Source of the DNA: the human T2T-CHM13v2.0 reference genome, Homo sapiens
DNA length: 64,000 nt
Strand: one strand, 5' to 3'
Assembly: GCF_009914755.1 (NCBI RefSeq)
Contig: NC_060931.1
Shown here: one piece after another, positions 42,076 through 55,292 of the stretch
How positions within the stretch are numbered: the first letter of the stretch is position 1
Layout of the letters: each line of letters begins with the position of its first letter
Notes under the pieces: generated by a model
Seen by the model: only the letters and a program-made list of their open reading frames with translations
Told to the model about the DNA's origin: nothing
Database searches by the model: none
Made by a program: the position numbers and the translations under genes

Positions 42076-42142
42076 TTCTTTCCTCCTCCTCCTTCTTCTC
42101 CTTCTTCTCCTTCTCCTTCTTCTTCTTCTTCCTCTTCTTCTT
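42076..42142. repeat. (CTT/CCT)n simple repeat
   Basis: tcctcctcctccttcttctccttcttctccttctccttcttcttcttcttcctcttcttc. Confidence 0.9.
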
Positions 42143-43569
42143 TAATAAGAGTTTCTCTTTGGAGTGGTGGAAGGATTGGTTAAGATCTGCATTCTAGCTT
42201 CAACTCTTCCACCTCTATCTGATGCTTGAAAAGTTTCTCTTAACCTTTCAAGCCTCATTTTTCTTTTCTATAAATGGAGAGAACAAACACTGACCTTGTG
42301 CTATGTTTGGGACATTAAATAGATACTGTGGCATTTGATACACAATTGGCCTACAATAAATGTAATTTTTTCCCAATTCCCCCTCAACTGTACATACGGA
42401 GTTTTCTGCTTTTTTTCATTTTCTATTGTGATGATAACTTCTCAACAGAAGGGTTAAAAGAATATTTGACACCCATTATATTACGCTGTTAAAGAATATT
42501 AGAACTAGAGATATACGTCACTTGGTCAGATCTGAGCTCCAGGGCCTGATGTCTCTGATGATGGCAAGAAGAGACTGTTGTTGGAATTTGTGTTATTCTC
42601 TGAGACTTTAAGAATACTACCTTTCCTTCAGAGGCTTTTAAATATCTATTATGCAGTAACATCTCTAAACTACTCTTGAACCTATGCACATTTTTATCAT
42701 GGTACCAGCATTGAAAGTAATAGATTCCAAGTGTTTAATACTTATAATGGAAAGAGGTTTTTCTATTATTTGACCTAAAATGATCACTTCAAAGCTTTAA
42801 GATTTAGATAAAGTGGGGAGAAAGGGGGATAGAAAAAGGAGCATGGGAAAAGGGGTAAGGTAATTAACATTTATAAGATGATGGCCAAGTTTATTAGAAA
42901 ACAGATGGAGTCATACATTTGGGTAGACCTGAACTTCACTTCCAGCTCTGTCTCATTCCAGGGCAGAGTTGTTAAGAGAATGTAATGTACCCGCATTAAA
43001 ATAAATTTGCTTTGTTAACTATAAATTTAAGTTTGGATTTCCTCTTTCCAAGCATTTATTTTTATAAGTGATTAGGGTAATTTAAGGTCTTTAAATTGCT
43101 ATAAAATATCTAAGCATTAAAGAGGGGTGAGAAAAATTAGCATTTTAAAATTCTCTATATAAGGATAATTTTATACTCTAACTTTTGGATTTATAGATAT
43201 CTTATGTATATTTTCCCAGAAAAAATGTGAAGATTTCCCTTTTGGTGAAGTCATTTAGAGTTCATTGTTGGTTGGTATAATCTGCAAAATTATATTCAAT
43301 TATGCAATTAATGTAAAATATTACATCACATAATAACCCAAGGTCATTTTATACTTACAATAAAAAATTGTTTTGACCCTTCCTGTAGATTAACCTTCCA
43401 AATGATTTATTGGTCATTAATAGCTCAATTTTTAGACCCAGGGGTCAGAGCTCAGGGCATTGCAACTGAGGGTAGATCCCTGTACAGACTGACCAGAGGA
43501 GCCCTGGGTATGCCGGGGAGAAATACATGCACATTTCTCAATGTCTCAGGCTATGTTTTCCTTCAGTTT

Positions 43570-44090
43570 CACCAACACCATCTTAATTCAGGTTTCAAGA
43601 ATCTCCAAACTTACCTACACACTCTAGTTTAGCCCTTTCAAGTATCATTCCATCCTGTAAACTGATTTTAAATCTTCCCAAACTACTGTTTATAAAAAAA
43701 AAACTTAGTCTCAAAATCTCCCCAAACTACTGTTTACTTTAAAAATTTTAAATTAAAGAGGGGTGAACAAAACTAGCATTTTTAAATTCTCTATATAAGG
43801 ATAATTTTATTATTCTATTGTCTGCTCCAAAGAATAAAGTACAAAACTGATATCCAAGGACCCGGTCAACATTCCTGCTTTCTCCCACCCTCCCAGGCAG
43901 GCTTTTGAATGTACTCACCCACGACCACAGCTGCCCATGACCACAACTGATGTATTTCTGTTCTGCTGATGTTGCTCCTTCGTCATGTTTGAAATATTCT
44001 CACACCTCCTTTCTAGTTATCCAAATCTTAACTCTTTAAGTGCCAATCATCTTCCTGAAGCATCTCCTAAGTACTCCAGCCCACCTAATC
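43570..44090 (+). mobile_element. Diverged L2 fragment interrupted by duplicated local sequence
   Basis: L2-like ctctagtttagccctttcaagtatcattccatcctg ... agaataaagtacaaaactgatatccaaggaccc ... catcttcctgaagcatctcct. Confidence 0.45.
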
Positions 44091-45044
44091 AACACACACC
44101 GGAGCTTTTCTAGTCCATTCTTCAACTTTTTACAGTTTAGGAGACCCAATTTGCAGAGTTTGTGACTTGCCTGAGGTCACAAAGCAAGTTAGTAGTGTCA
44201 CCATGACTTAAAATTGAGGTCTTTTACCACGAACACTGTTGCCTGAATTCCCTAAACTATCATGATAACAGACATTTTACTGATAATATTGGTATTTTGT
44301 ATTGTTGGTTCATTGTTCCTAAGTATGAAACCTGGATATGCCCAAATTGTTCCTGGATTATTCTTTCATTTCAGATCCAAATAAAATAATTGGGGCCTCC
44401 ATCTCAATATTTCTGAGAATCCCCAAGAAAGAGATAAGGTGGTGGGATGCCTTATATTTTTGTCACCTCCTGCTCCAAATTCCAGTCACCCATTTACCTC
44501 CTCAGTCCAACCTCTACCTGCTTAACTCTGAGCATGGAAAAGTTCTTTTTTTCTTCATTCCCACAAAGCTGCTGCATTTAACAGACTTTGATGAATGGTT
44601 TATGGTGATAGAAGGGCATTAAAATGCAGCCCACACTGGATCACAGCTCAAAATTAAATATTTTAATTTGAGAAAAAAATTAACTCTTTAGCTCTTTGCC
44701 TTAATTCTCTCCCATGTGATTTTGGAGTGGACAGGGCCATTCAACTTTTACAACCACAAAGCAAGGTCAGGATATTTATGTAAACAAAATACAATAGTTA
44801 TCTACCCTGGGCTTATGCCCTTAGTAACTCTAAGAAGCAACAGAAGTTTTGACATTAGTTTTTCTTTAACTTGGCCCAGGCTGAAATCTTAGGCAGATCT
44901 CCCTATCTCAGTGGACCAGGACAATGTCAGGAGCCAATGGGTATTCATTTGCTACATTCTTAGTTGGGAAAATGAATCCAGCACTATTTTCCAGAATGTA
45001 GTAAGATTAGGAAGAGAGTAAAAACAGAAAATGGGCATTTTTTG

Positions 45045-45245
45045 CCATTTGCTGAGCTTTTTCTCCATACCAGGTTCTATACTGTTATACACGTTACCCC
45101 ATTTCCCTCTCACAACAACCATGCAAGGTAGGCATTCTCCACTTTTCAATGGAGCAAATAAACAATTTGCCAAAGTCATCCAGTAAGAAAGTGGCACAAT
45201 CCAGAATTCAAACCCAGATCTGCCTGACTTTAAAAGCCTTTCTGG
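45045..45245 (-). mobile_element. MIR
   Basis: cctctcacaacaaccatgcaaggtagg...aatttgccaaagtcatccag...ccagaattcaaacccagatctgcctgact. Confidence 0.75.
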
Positions 45246-45808
45246 ACTTGGCCAGATGACAACGGCAATGGCCCAGGCACAGGAAAGAGTGAGGACCATA
45301 TCACATCACATGATATTCCAAATTTATCAGAGTGCTGAGAGTCAGAATAAACAGAAATGTCAGTCAAAGGTGTTATTTGGGGAAGGTGATGGAGGGTCCA
45401 CGATGGACTGAGGTTCAGATAGAGATGACTTTTTTCATTCATTCTTCTGTTTAAAGCTACCGGATTTAACACAAACTCAGGACCATCTACAGAATCTGAA
45501 TTGGATATCCCCAGGTCACTTAGTTTTTATAACCCAACAAGGGCAACATATTCAATAGACTATCACCAAGAGCCTTTCTGAGCAGCTTGTATTTATTCAT
45601 CTTGCCTGTGACTGGGCAAAGGGGGCAGGTGTCTGGCTTTTGTTACTGCATAGAAATACAACTTTGGTTTCGTTGATGTGAACAGATAAGCACTGCATGT
45701 GAACTGAAATCACACTATGTCTAAACAGAGGACTCTGTGGCACTTTTCTTACTAAAAAGTTGTTAAGTTTGGCAATCCTCACTCTGTTCCAGTCAAACAT
45801 TTTCTTAA

Positions 45809-45818
45809 CCATATTAGG
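45809..45818. promoter_or_regulatory. Candidate CArG box identical to the c-fos SRE core
   Basis: CCATATTAGG in apparently non-repeat sequence. Motif match only. Confidence 0.35.
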
Positions 45819-46693
45819 TTATATGGAAATAAGCCAATATCGCGGCTGGTGTATGAGTAGGTCCTCTGCACCAAGGCAGTTTTCTTGAGAGCATTTTCTC
45901 ACTGGTTTAAAAGCAATAGAGACAAATGTGGCTCAGAGTATATTTTTAAATGTGGCTGGAAAGAAAAATAAAAATTCACTGATCCAAAAAGAATTCGGAA
46001 TCGCAGCTAGACCAAAGTCAGATTTTTAAGCTGGAAGACTTGGAGAGATTTGGGTATTTGCTTGCTTCTTATTGAAAGACTCAATCAATTTTTTAAAAGC
46101 CCAGCCAACCTTAACACAGATATAGGAGAGGAAATCAGAACAAAACTGCATCATCTGTTCCATAATTGTCCAATGTTGTTCTCGTTGCTTAATCTCGTGG
46201 GTTAGAAACCCAGCATTTGAGCTCTGGATTCACTACATTCTGAGTAATCCTAGACACTGGGCTTAATTTCATTGTTTGTCAAATGGGGGATGATATACTA
46301 CCTATATCATAGGATTCTTAGGAAAATCCAATGAGATAATGCATGATTCAACTATTACCAAAAAAGCATATTATAAGCCTTCTGTTTTTCAAACTACAAC
46401 ACTTGGAGAAAAGTAGCAGCAGAGAAAATAGCTTTTAGGTCTGCCCCTGGTTGCTCTGATACAGTTATCTGCTTTTCATTTAGATTTATCATATTCTGCT
46501 TTGACAGCTAATAATTATTCATCTATATATTCATTCTTTTATTCAGAATATTGAGCACTTAGCAAGTGCCAAGCTCTTAATTAGGAGCTCTTATTCTCAT
46601 CTTTGCAAATAGATGATAAATCTATAAAGCTCCCCCCCCATCTTATCATTAGATACTCTTTTGAAATATTTTTATTTCAAGATACATGTTGGC

Positions 46694-47680
46694 CATTCAT
46701 TCATTCCATGTATATTTATTGAGTGACTACTAAATGGCAGGCAACTGCAAAGTGCTGAGGAATCATTAGTAAACACAATAAATACATCCTCATGGAGATT
46801 TCAGTCTAGTAGAAAAGACAGATATTAAATACATAAGTAACCAAACATAAATATCATTGCAAATTGTGATTGTACATGAAGACAAAGAGCAGAGACTTAC
46901 AACAGAGAATGACGTGGAAGTAACATCTTAAAACTCTATGTCTAATGCAACAAATTTTAATTTACAATACCTTGGCAATAAATGGATAGGATACGTGAAA
47001 ACGTTATCATCTGATTGTACTGTAACACAAAAATTGGTGTTTTCAGGGTGTTGCAATTATTTAGTACTATTCCAACTTTGACTTTGTGGGTTTAAGAAAG
47101 GTTAAGAATTATCCAAGTAAGAAGTATGCCTTTGTCATTAGGTAATGGTGAGGGACTCATTTCTGGTCTCTGTGGCCAGTAAGCTCTAGATCCATGCAAG
47201 AAATTGAAAGCAAGCTTGTGTGACTGGATCACAAAAGAGAGAGGCACAAGAGGAAGCTGGAGAGGCAGGCTGAGCTAGATTATACACGACATTGTAGGCC
47301 ATGGGAAGAGTTGGATCTGTATTCTAGATGCACTATGAAGCTACTGAAATGTTTTAAGCATGGGAGTGACATGATTAGATTTATGTTTTTAAAAGGGTAA
47401 TTGTTTGCAGATGGCTGGAAGATAGAACAGAAAGACCAGTTGGGAGGAAGAGTCCAGATGAGATGATGGTGGCTTGGATTTGAGTGACAGCAACAATAAT
47501 GAAGATAAATGAACCATTTTAGGCAAATATCCTGAAGGGAGAATCACCTGGATTTAGTAATTTACTGTAGAGGGAGTAACGGTAGATGAGGAAGGAGGAA
47601 GTGTATGAAATGATTCCCAAGTCCGGAGCTTAAGCAACCAGGTAAATATTGGTGTCATTTGCTAAGATGGGAAAAACTTG
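46694..47680 (-). mobile_element. L2 antisense fragments
   Basis: cattcattcattccatgtatatttattgagtgactac; ttgtaggccatgggaagagttggat; ttttaagcatgggagtgacatgattagattt; gtcatttgctaagatggg. Confidence 0.7.
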
Positions 47681-48044
47681 GGAAACAAGGACTGTGTTCA
47701 ATTCTGTCCTGTTTGCTGAGGAAAAAAAAAAGGGGCCAGGGAGTAGTGGTGGAACTTTTTGTGAGTTATAGAGAGGAAACAAAAGTATAAAGCTTAACAC
47801 CCATCTTCAGAATGCTTGCACCCTAAGCATTAAATCCACTGTTGATATTTCCTTAACAGGCTTTCTCAAACCACCAGAGGCTCTACTATGATGTGTGTTA
47901 TCTCACTCGTAGAATTTATTCTTTCTTCACCCTTCCTCTGTGTGTGTCCAAATATAATGCAGTTGATTTTAATAATTTAATTTGCTACACCTTTGAATTA
48001 TCTCATTTATCAAGGCATCAGTCAATCTTAAAAATTAGATCTTT

Positions 48045-48388
48045 ATTTTTTTTTTAATTTTTAAGCTCAGGGCTACATGTGCAGGATGTGCAGGTTTGTT
48101 ACACAGGTAAATGTGTGTCACGGGGGTTTGTTATACAGATTATTTCATCACCCAGGTATTAAGCCTAGTACCCATTAGTTATTTTTCCTAATCCTCTCTC
48201 CCCTCCCACCCTCAACCCTCCAATAGGCCCCAGTGTGTGTTGTTCCCCTCTATGTGTCCATGTGTTCTCATCATTTAACTCCCACTTATAAGTGAGAACA
48301 AGCAGTATTTAGTTTTCTGTTCCTGCGTTAGTTTGCTAAGGATAATGGCCACCAACTCCATCCATGTCCCTGAGAAGGATATGATCTC
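48045..48388 (-). mobile_element. 5'-truncated primate L1PA (about L1PA13-like) 3' end
   Basis: tacatgtgcaggatgtgcaggtttgttac...cccacttataagtgagaac...; degenerate TSD aaattagatcttt / aaaccagattttt. Confidence 0.9.
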
Positions 48389-48970
48389 AAACCAGATTTT
48401 TAAAGGCAATATATTTTTTTTGGTGCTTCTATAATCTTGGCAGTGAATAATGACAATAGAAGTCTTTACCATTTTGTCTTCCTGTTATTTACTGTAACTC
48501 AACTACAAATATTCCAACTTCTCCAGTGGTGTATGTGGAAACAAGAAGAGTTCACAGAAAGAAAATTATGATCAGTTTGATTCCCCTGAGAGCCGCTGAT
48601 AGAGTACTAAGCTCTACATTACTTAGCAATGCAAAAACAAAGTGGTAGAGATTTAGTGATCAAGATTTATGTACAAGAATGTCCATCACAGCACTACTTA
48701 TAATAGCCCAAACCTGAAATACTCTCAGTGTCCAGTGATAAGGGAATGATTACATATAACTGTAAAGTTATCATGTTTTAAAAATTGTGTAAAAAATATG
48801 TATAATATAATAAGTGAAAAAATTGAGTGCATAACATCACATTTGTTTTTAAAATAGAATCTTACCTTTGTTGAAAAAAAAGACTGGAAGGAAATATATT
48901 GAAACTTTAAAGTAATCTCAGGGTGGGAAGGATGAAAAGAGACTTTAGAATTATTTTCTGCATAATTTCT

Positions 48971-49263
48971 TTCTTTTTTTTTGAGACGGAGTCTTCCTCT
49001 GTTGCCCGGGTTGGAGTGCAGTGGCGCGATCTCGGCTCACTGCAACCTCCGCCTCCTAGGTTCAAGAAATTCTCTGCCTCAGCCTCCCGAGTAGCTGGGA
49101 TTACAGGTGCCCACCACAACGCCTGGCTAATTTTTTTGTATTTTTAGTAGAGATGGGGTTTCACCATCTTGGCCAGGCTGGTCTTGAACTCCTGACCTCG
49201 TGATCTGCCCACCTCGGCCTCCCAAAGTGTTGGGATTACAGGCATGAGCCACCGCACCCGGTC
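48971..49263 (-). mobile_element. Alu (AluSg-like) with perfect 14-bp TSD
   Basis: TSD tctgcataatttct at 48957-48970 and 49264-49277. Confidence 0.95.
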
Positions 49264-49379
49264 TCTGCATAATTTCTGTATTTTCTATAATAAAATGCAT
49301 ATTTGTATACTTTCTATAATAAAATGTATATCTATATAGCACTCAGAGATGGCATAACTTCTAGAGATTTGATGATTTT

Positions 49380-50062
49380 TGTTAGTGGAAGAGATCCGAG
49401 TTATCTGCGAGTTACCGGCGGCGAATCTGTAGGGGTCCACAGCAACTTCAGTCCTTGCCTCCTCAGAAGAAAGAATTCAACTGAGGGGCGTGTAAAGCAG
49501 AAAAAGAGATAGAGGCAAGTTTCAGAGCAAGAGTGGAAGTTTATTTTAAAAGGCTTTAGAACAGGAAAGAAAGGCGCGCTTGGAAGACATCCAAGCAGGC
49601 ACGTGAGTGTTAAAGAGAGAAGGTCGAGTGTCCCGTATAACCGTGATCCTAGGACTTTTATAAGCCCGTCTTTTCCCCATGAGTCTTCCGTAGGGTGGGC
49701 ATGCGCACAGCCCTTCTTACGCTTGAGAAATGCGCACGCGCAGTGTATTTAGGGAGTTACACACATGCCCATCTGAGGCTTTCTTCCTTCTTCCAGCAGA
49801 GAGTACCCAGGAGATCTTACTTCGTCATTTTTGTCTCTTAATATGCATTTCCAGAAAGCTGTTTCTCTCTGGGGTCTGCACTCAGTTAACACTTTTAAAT
49901 GTTAACAGGTATGGACCATCAGGAGATTGTCTCTTTCTGGCTGCTGTGAATTATCATTTTTAGAGAGGCAAAGGGATAATTGCCAAACCATCACCTGACA
50001 TTTCTAGTGGGTGGTGGGAGAGCCCTCTCCTGCTCCCTGCTCATGACTGACTACCTGTAACA
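49380..50062 (-). mobile_element. ERV1-class solo LTR (MER50/LTR9-like; subfamily uncertain)
   Basis: Termini TGTTA...TAACA; cttgcctcctcagaagaaagaattcaactgagggg; reverse-strand AATAAA (tttatt about 49540); retains many CpGs. Confidence 0.85.
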
Positions 50063-52139
50063 ATTTGGGACCTTTTTCAGTAGAGTGAAATAGAAATAAA
50101 AGCAGTCTGGAAAACCAGCAATGAATAATTGTCAAGTGCTGCCTGAGATACTGTGGGGTATAAAGTTGTGTGAAAATGTGATTGCTTATTCATGGATCTT
50201 ATGATCAAGTTCCCACACTCCTGGATTTCCCTTGTTTGGGTTCAAACAGCCTAAGAACATAATAAGGGCAGTTTTGATTTTCATATCTGAGTTTTTCTTT
50301 TAAGCCACATCGGGAAATGAAGGAACACAGACAGACAGCGGGAGAAATACACTCGCAAAACAACCTAAGTATCTGTGCAGCCTCAATATCATTTAAATTC
50401 TGGCTAAGTTTAAGGTTTTTCCTTTTTTTGGTTTCTTCCTTCACTCTTCAAGTGTATTCCACATAATGTAGTTGTAGCTCTGCTCAAGGTTCTGGAGTAG
50501 CATTTCTATGCAAGCTTAGTTATTTTAAGTTATTCACAGTTATTTGTTTTTTAACCCTTTAAAAGTAATTTGTCACAATCACATCTTTATGTGCCAGATA
50601 TATAAGAATTATTGTCTTGTCTCTGGACAGTATGTTTTAGAACTTTTCCTTATGAAGCTGCAAGACGTGTTTTACACTTATCAGCTCTATTTAGCCTATA
50701 ACTGTGTCTGCATAATGCCAGAATTGCCATTTCAACAGAGACCAAGAATTCCCCAACAGTTATTTGGTGGCAACTGCCAAAAATTTTTATTGAATTAATT
50801 TATCTTTTTCACTTAATTCAATCCACTTAGCTATGAATGTTGAACCCAGTGAAACTTCTGGTTTTGGGGGGATTTTTTTGGCATATGAATGGAAGCATTG
50901 CTGTGTTTAAAAATACTATCCTTTGGAGATAAACATTATGGGATGTTCAATATGAAATATCTTATTAATGTGGAAATGGGTTTCATTAACCCATCTGTAT
51001 CTGCACGTTATCCTTCATCTGGTTAAAATCCCACATTTTAAAAAAGATAGCAGCTTGGGTTTAAGTTTGTGGCCACGTAAGACTGAAGTTTGATACTGTC
51101 CACGTTACCATCAACCAGCTAATGTATTACCAATAAAAACAGCAGTACTATTCTTCAGTGAGATTCTCATTGTCCACCTTGTGTCAGTTTTCAGTGTAGC
51201 CCTGGGAAGAAGGGCACTGGAGAATGATGTTTCCATCAAGATTTAGAAGTGGAAAAAATTGAGCTTCTGGAGACCTCACTTATTTATTCACTTAACACAC
51301 ATTTATTGAGAAACTGCTATGTGATCAGAGCTATGCTAGACACTGGGGATACAGAAATGAATATGACATAAATAATTTAATATTTATTTGCCCACTAGAG
51401 TGTTAGCCCTCTGAGAGCAGTGACCTTGTCTTTCTCCATCTCTGCTGTCTCCTTAGCAACTCCCATTTAATAACTGGAAATAGAATCCCAAGCGGGGCCT
51501 AACTTTTTGTCTCATGAGATAGGAATAGTAGAAGAGCAAATCTCAAACTTTTCCCCCATATGAGGAATGACATTCACAGAAAAGACCCACTTAGAGGAAG
51601 ACAAATAGGCCTTTTTCTTCCACGGAAGAAAGATGCCTAGAATCCAGTTGAATGAATATCAAGTTTATATGGATAGCTTTGAATCCTTCCTAATATTTTA
51701 AAAAGTAAATCACATGAAACCTCACATTTCTGATGATACGTCAGAGTAGCAACAATACTGTGATCAGAACTCCACATAGAAAGCTGCTGTGGTGGGCCAC
51801 CATACCTGATGGAAGATCTATTTTGATGTTCAAATGCTTTGAGATTAGGACGGTTGCTTGAAGTATTTATCGCTTGTTACACTTTCTCTGCTGTGTGATT
51901 ACTGCAAAGACAGGCCAGATTGCAAGGGCCACAAAGGATCAGTTCTTGAGATAATTATATGAAAACTGTTTAGCCCATGATGGCAGTTAGAAATCGAGCA
52001 GTGGATTCTTCCAATATCCAAAAACAGATGTAGTGATTGATTTGTCCTAAAATAAAAAATAACCAGCTCCTGCTAAATGGACTTAGTTGTTAACTAATCA
52101 AACACAGGCAGAATGGTGTTCTACAAAAAGAACAGATTT

Positions 52140-52335
52140 GGAGACCCAGCTCCTCCCATCACTAGCTGAGAAGCCTTGGGTAAACCATTTAACCTCTCTA
52201 GGCCTTTCTAGGTCTTATTTATAAAATGTTGCCAATAATACTTGTCTTACTGACCTCCAGGGTTTCTATGAAAATCATTTAAGAATAGAGATATGCAAGC
52301 CCTGTTTACTGTAAAAGGGCCATGTATTTGTATTC
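52140..52335 (+). mobile_element. MIR
   Basis: ctagctgagaagccttgggtaaaccatttaacctctctaggcc...tataaaatg. Confidence 0.6.
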
Positions 52336-53508
52336 TTAACCCATTTGTGATGTCACTAGGCACTTGGAAATCAGCCCACAAATGGCTGATCTGATTGATG
52401 ATAGAAGCATAATTGCCCTGTGACCAACCCACTTCATCCCTACCAAACATTCCAGACATTTCAGTGCAGGAACAAGGTCTATGGGAAAAAGTCAAAAGGA
52501 GACTGATCAGAGGAATTCCACTGGCCCTTCCCAGGGCCCTGTGCACAAAATGGTCCCCTGTGCATTGTTATTTTGCTGTGTTTGCCGATGTCCACAGCTT
52601 CCTAGACATTAACAGATGGATATCTGGGTGATGATGAACAGACAGAGTGAGTGTGATATTTTACCAGTTTTCTAGTGCAAAGGCCTCTGTATCTAATCTA
52701 TGGGCTTGCAGCCTTCACTAGTTACTCTTTCAGCTGAATGTGCAAAGAGATAAAGTACTGCCTGCCTTTCTTTAAAATGCTGAGGAATGACATCTAGTGA
52801 ATTTTTTCAAGGCTACACATACTGATGGTTTTGCTTTTGGTTGCAAGGGTAGGACAAGGTGATTCTAGATCCTGACCTGAGCCCTGTGTCCTGCTGCTGC
52901 CCAGATTCTCTCTGTCAGTGTTTCATGCTTGGCACCGACTGAGCTCAAGGCTCTGGATTAGGTCTTACTGCACAGCTCTGTGGCAGAGAGGAGAGGTGGG
53001 CAATGCCAGTTGGTTGGAACGTGGGAAAGAGGAACAGGATAATTCCACTTAGGGTGTTATTTTGCTTTGTTTTTTGCTTGCTTTAAGCAACTGGCCATAA
53101 AGGAAATATATGGCCCTGTCCTTAGGTAGTTAAATTTCAATCAGTAGTCAAAACTAACATTAGAAAAAGTTTTAAGCATACTTTAAACAAACAAGAACAT
53201 ATTATAAATAGGAACATGAAATGAATTTATTACATCAATAAAGTGTGCCTAAATTTTTCAGAGTTGACTTAATTGCACAATAGATAATCCGATCGTGATG
53301 ACGTGTAGCCTGAACTAGAATTTATTGACTTGAGACACTCTTTCTTTGTGAATATCGAAAATTTCTAAGTACAACCTTTATTGATGAGATTGTCAAAAAT
53401 TGAGAGTCTAATAGAATTAAAGAGGTTCAATTTGGCCAAACTGGACATTATTAAGTTTATCCTATATGCTGGAGGCTGTGCTAAATTCTACAGATAAAAG
53501 ATAAATGA

Positions 53509-53827
<319 letters not shown>

Positions 53828-54865
53828 TTACCCTTGCTCAGATGTCCATCCTGTTTCCTCAGCTTTGCCTCCTCAACCATGAGGGTTCTAATCTTCATAG
53901 TTGCTTCTGTTTGATAAGTTCTATTTATTTAGGAAGCCATACACAGGAACACAGGCAGAAGAGAACCAGAAGACTGCATCCATTGGAAAATTTAATATAC
54001 ATAAAAATTAAGTGCACCATTTCTTATCACTTGCTGAAACTTAGGTAACTTAACATCATGCCTTACAAACAACAGTCAGTGCTCGTTGATAATGATGACA
54101 GTGGTAGTGGCAGTGGTGATGATTACGATGATGAAGGCAAGAGAAACAACTGCCACTACCTTTTCACAAACTTTGGACTTTTTATTATCTACACTAGGTC
54201 TTTCGTGATGAGTGGTAGTTATACCCAGCTCAAACTTCAGGTACACTATGACTCTGTGAAGAGAAAGATACATTTTTCTCAGTGTCTCTCATGCCTGTAG
54301 CCACGGGAAACTTATCAAACACTGACGTCAGCTACTTTCCCATGAGAAGTTCAGAAATTTCATAAGACCGCAAACGACTTTCTCTTTCCTATTTGCTTCA
54401 GACAAGTACAGAACTTTTCATGAAGCTTAAAAATAAACATCTGACCTTCATGGATACATTCTCATTGCTTCTCCAATCAGAAATCATCTTGCCTGTGAAA
54501 ATCCACCCTCATTCTTCTATTAACAATTGAAACATCTTGGATGATGCAAATAGCATCGCAGATTACTCTTCATTCAATGATTGTCCAAGAGAAAGGAGAA
54601 AAGGCTGCAATGATTAGGCACCATTTTAAGATACCAAAGCCCATCTTTTGTACTATCATAGAACAGGATAAGATCTGTTTTTTTTTTTCATAATTTTACC
54701 ATATTGGCTTCTCTGAGAACATACATGTAAGCTATATCCTTTGCACTCCATAAAATTTTAAGAAGAACTCAGCAAAATTTCCCTGGGTAGCTTGCTAGTC
54801 TTGGGACCTGATGGCTTAGAAATAAACTAAGAATTGAGCCATTCTACTTTCTAGATGCAGAATAA

Positions 54866-55292
<427 letters not shown>

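Noticed and set aside
54301-54350. Notch/RBPJ sequence-paired site
   Set aside because: The half-sites are degenerate and about 27 bp apart, not the 15-17 bp required.
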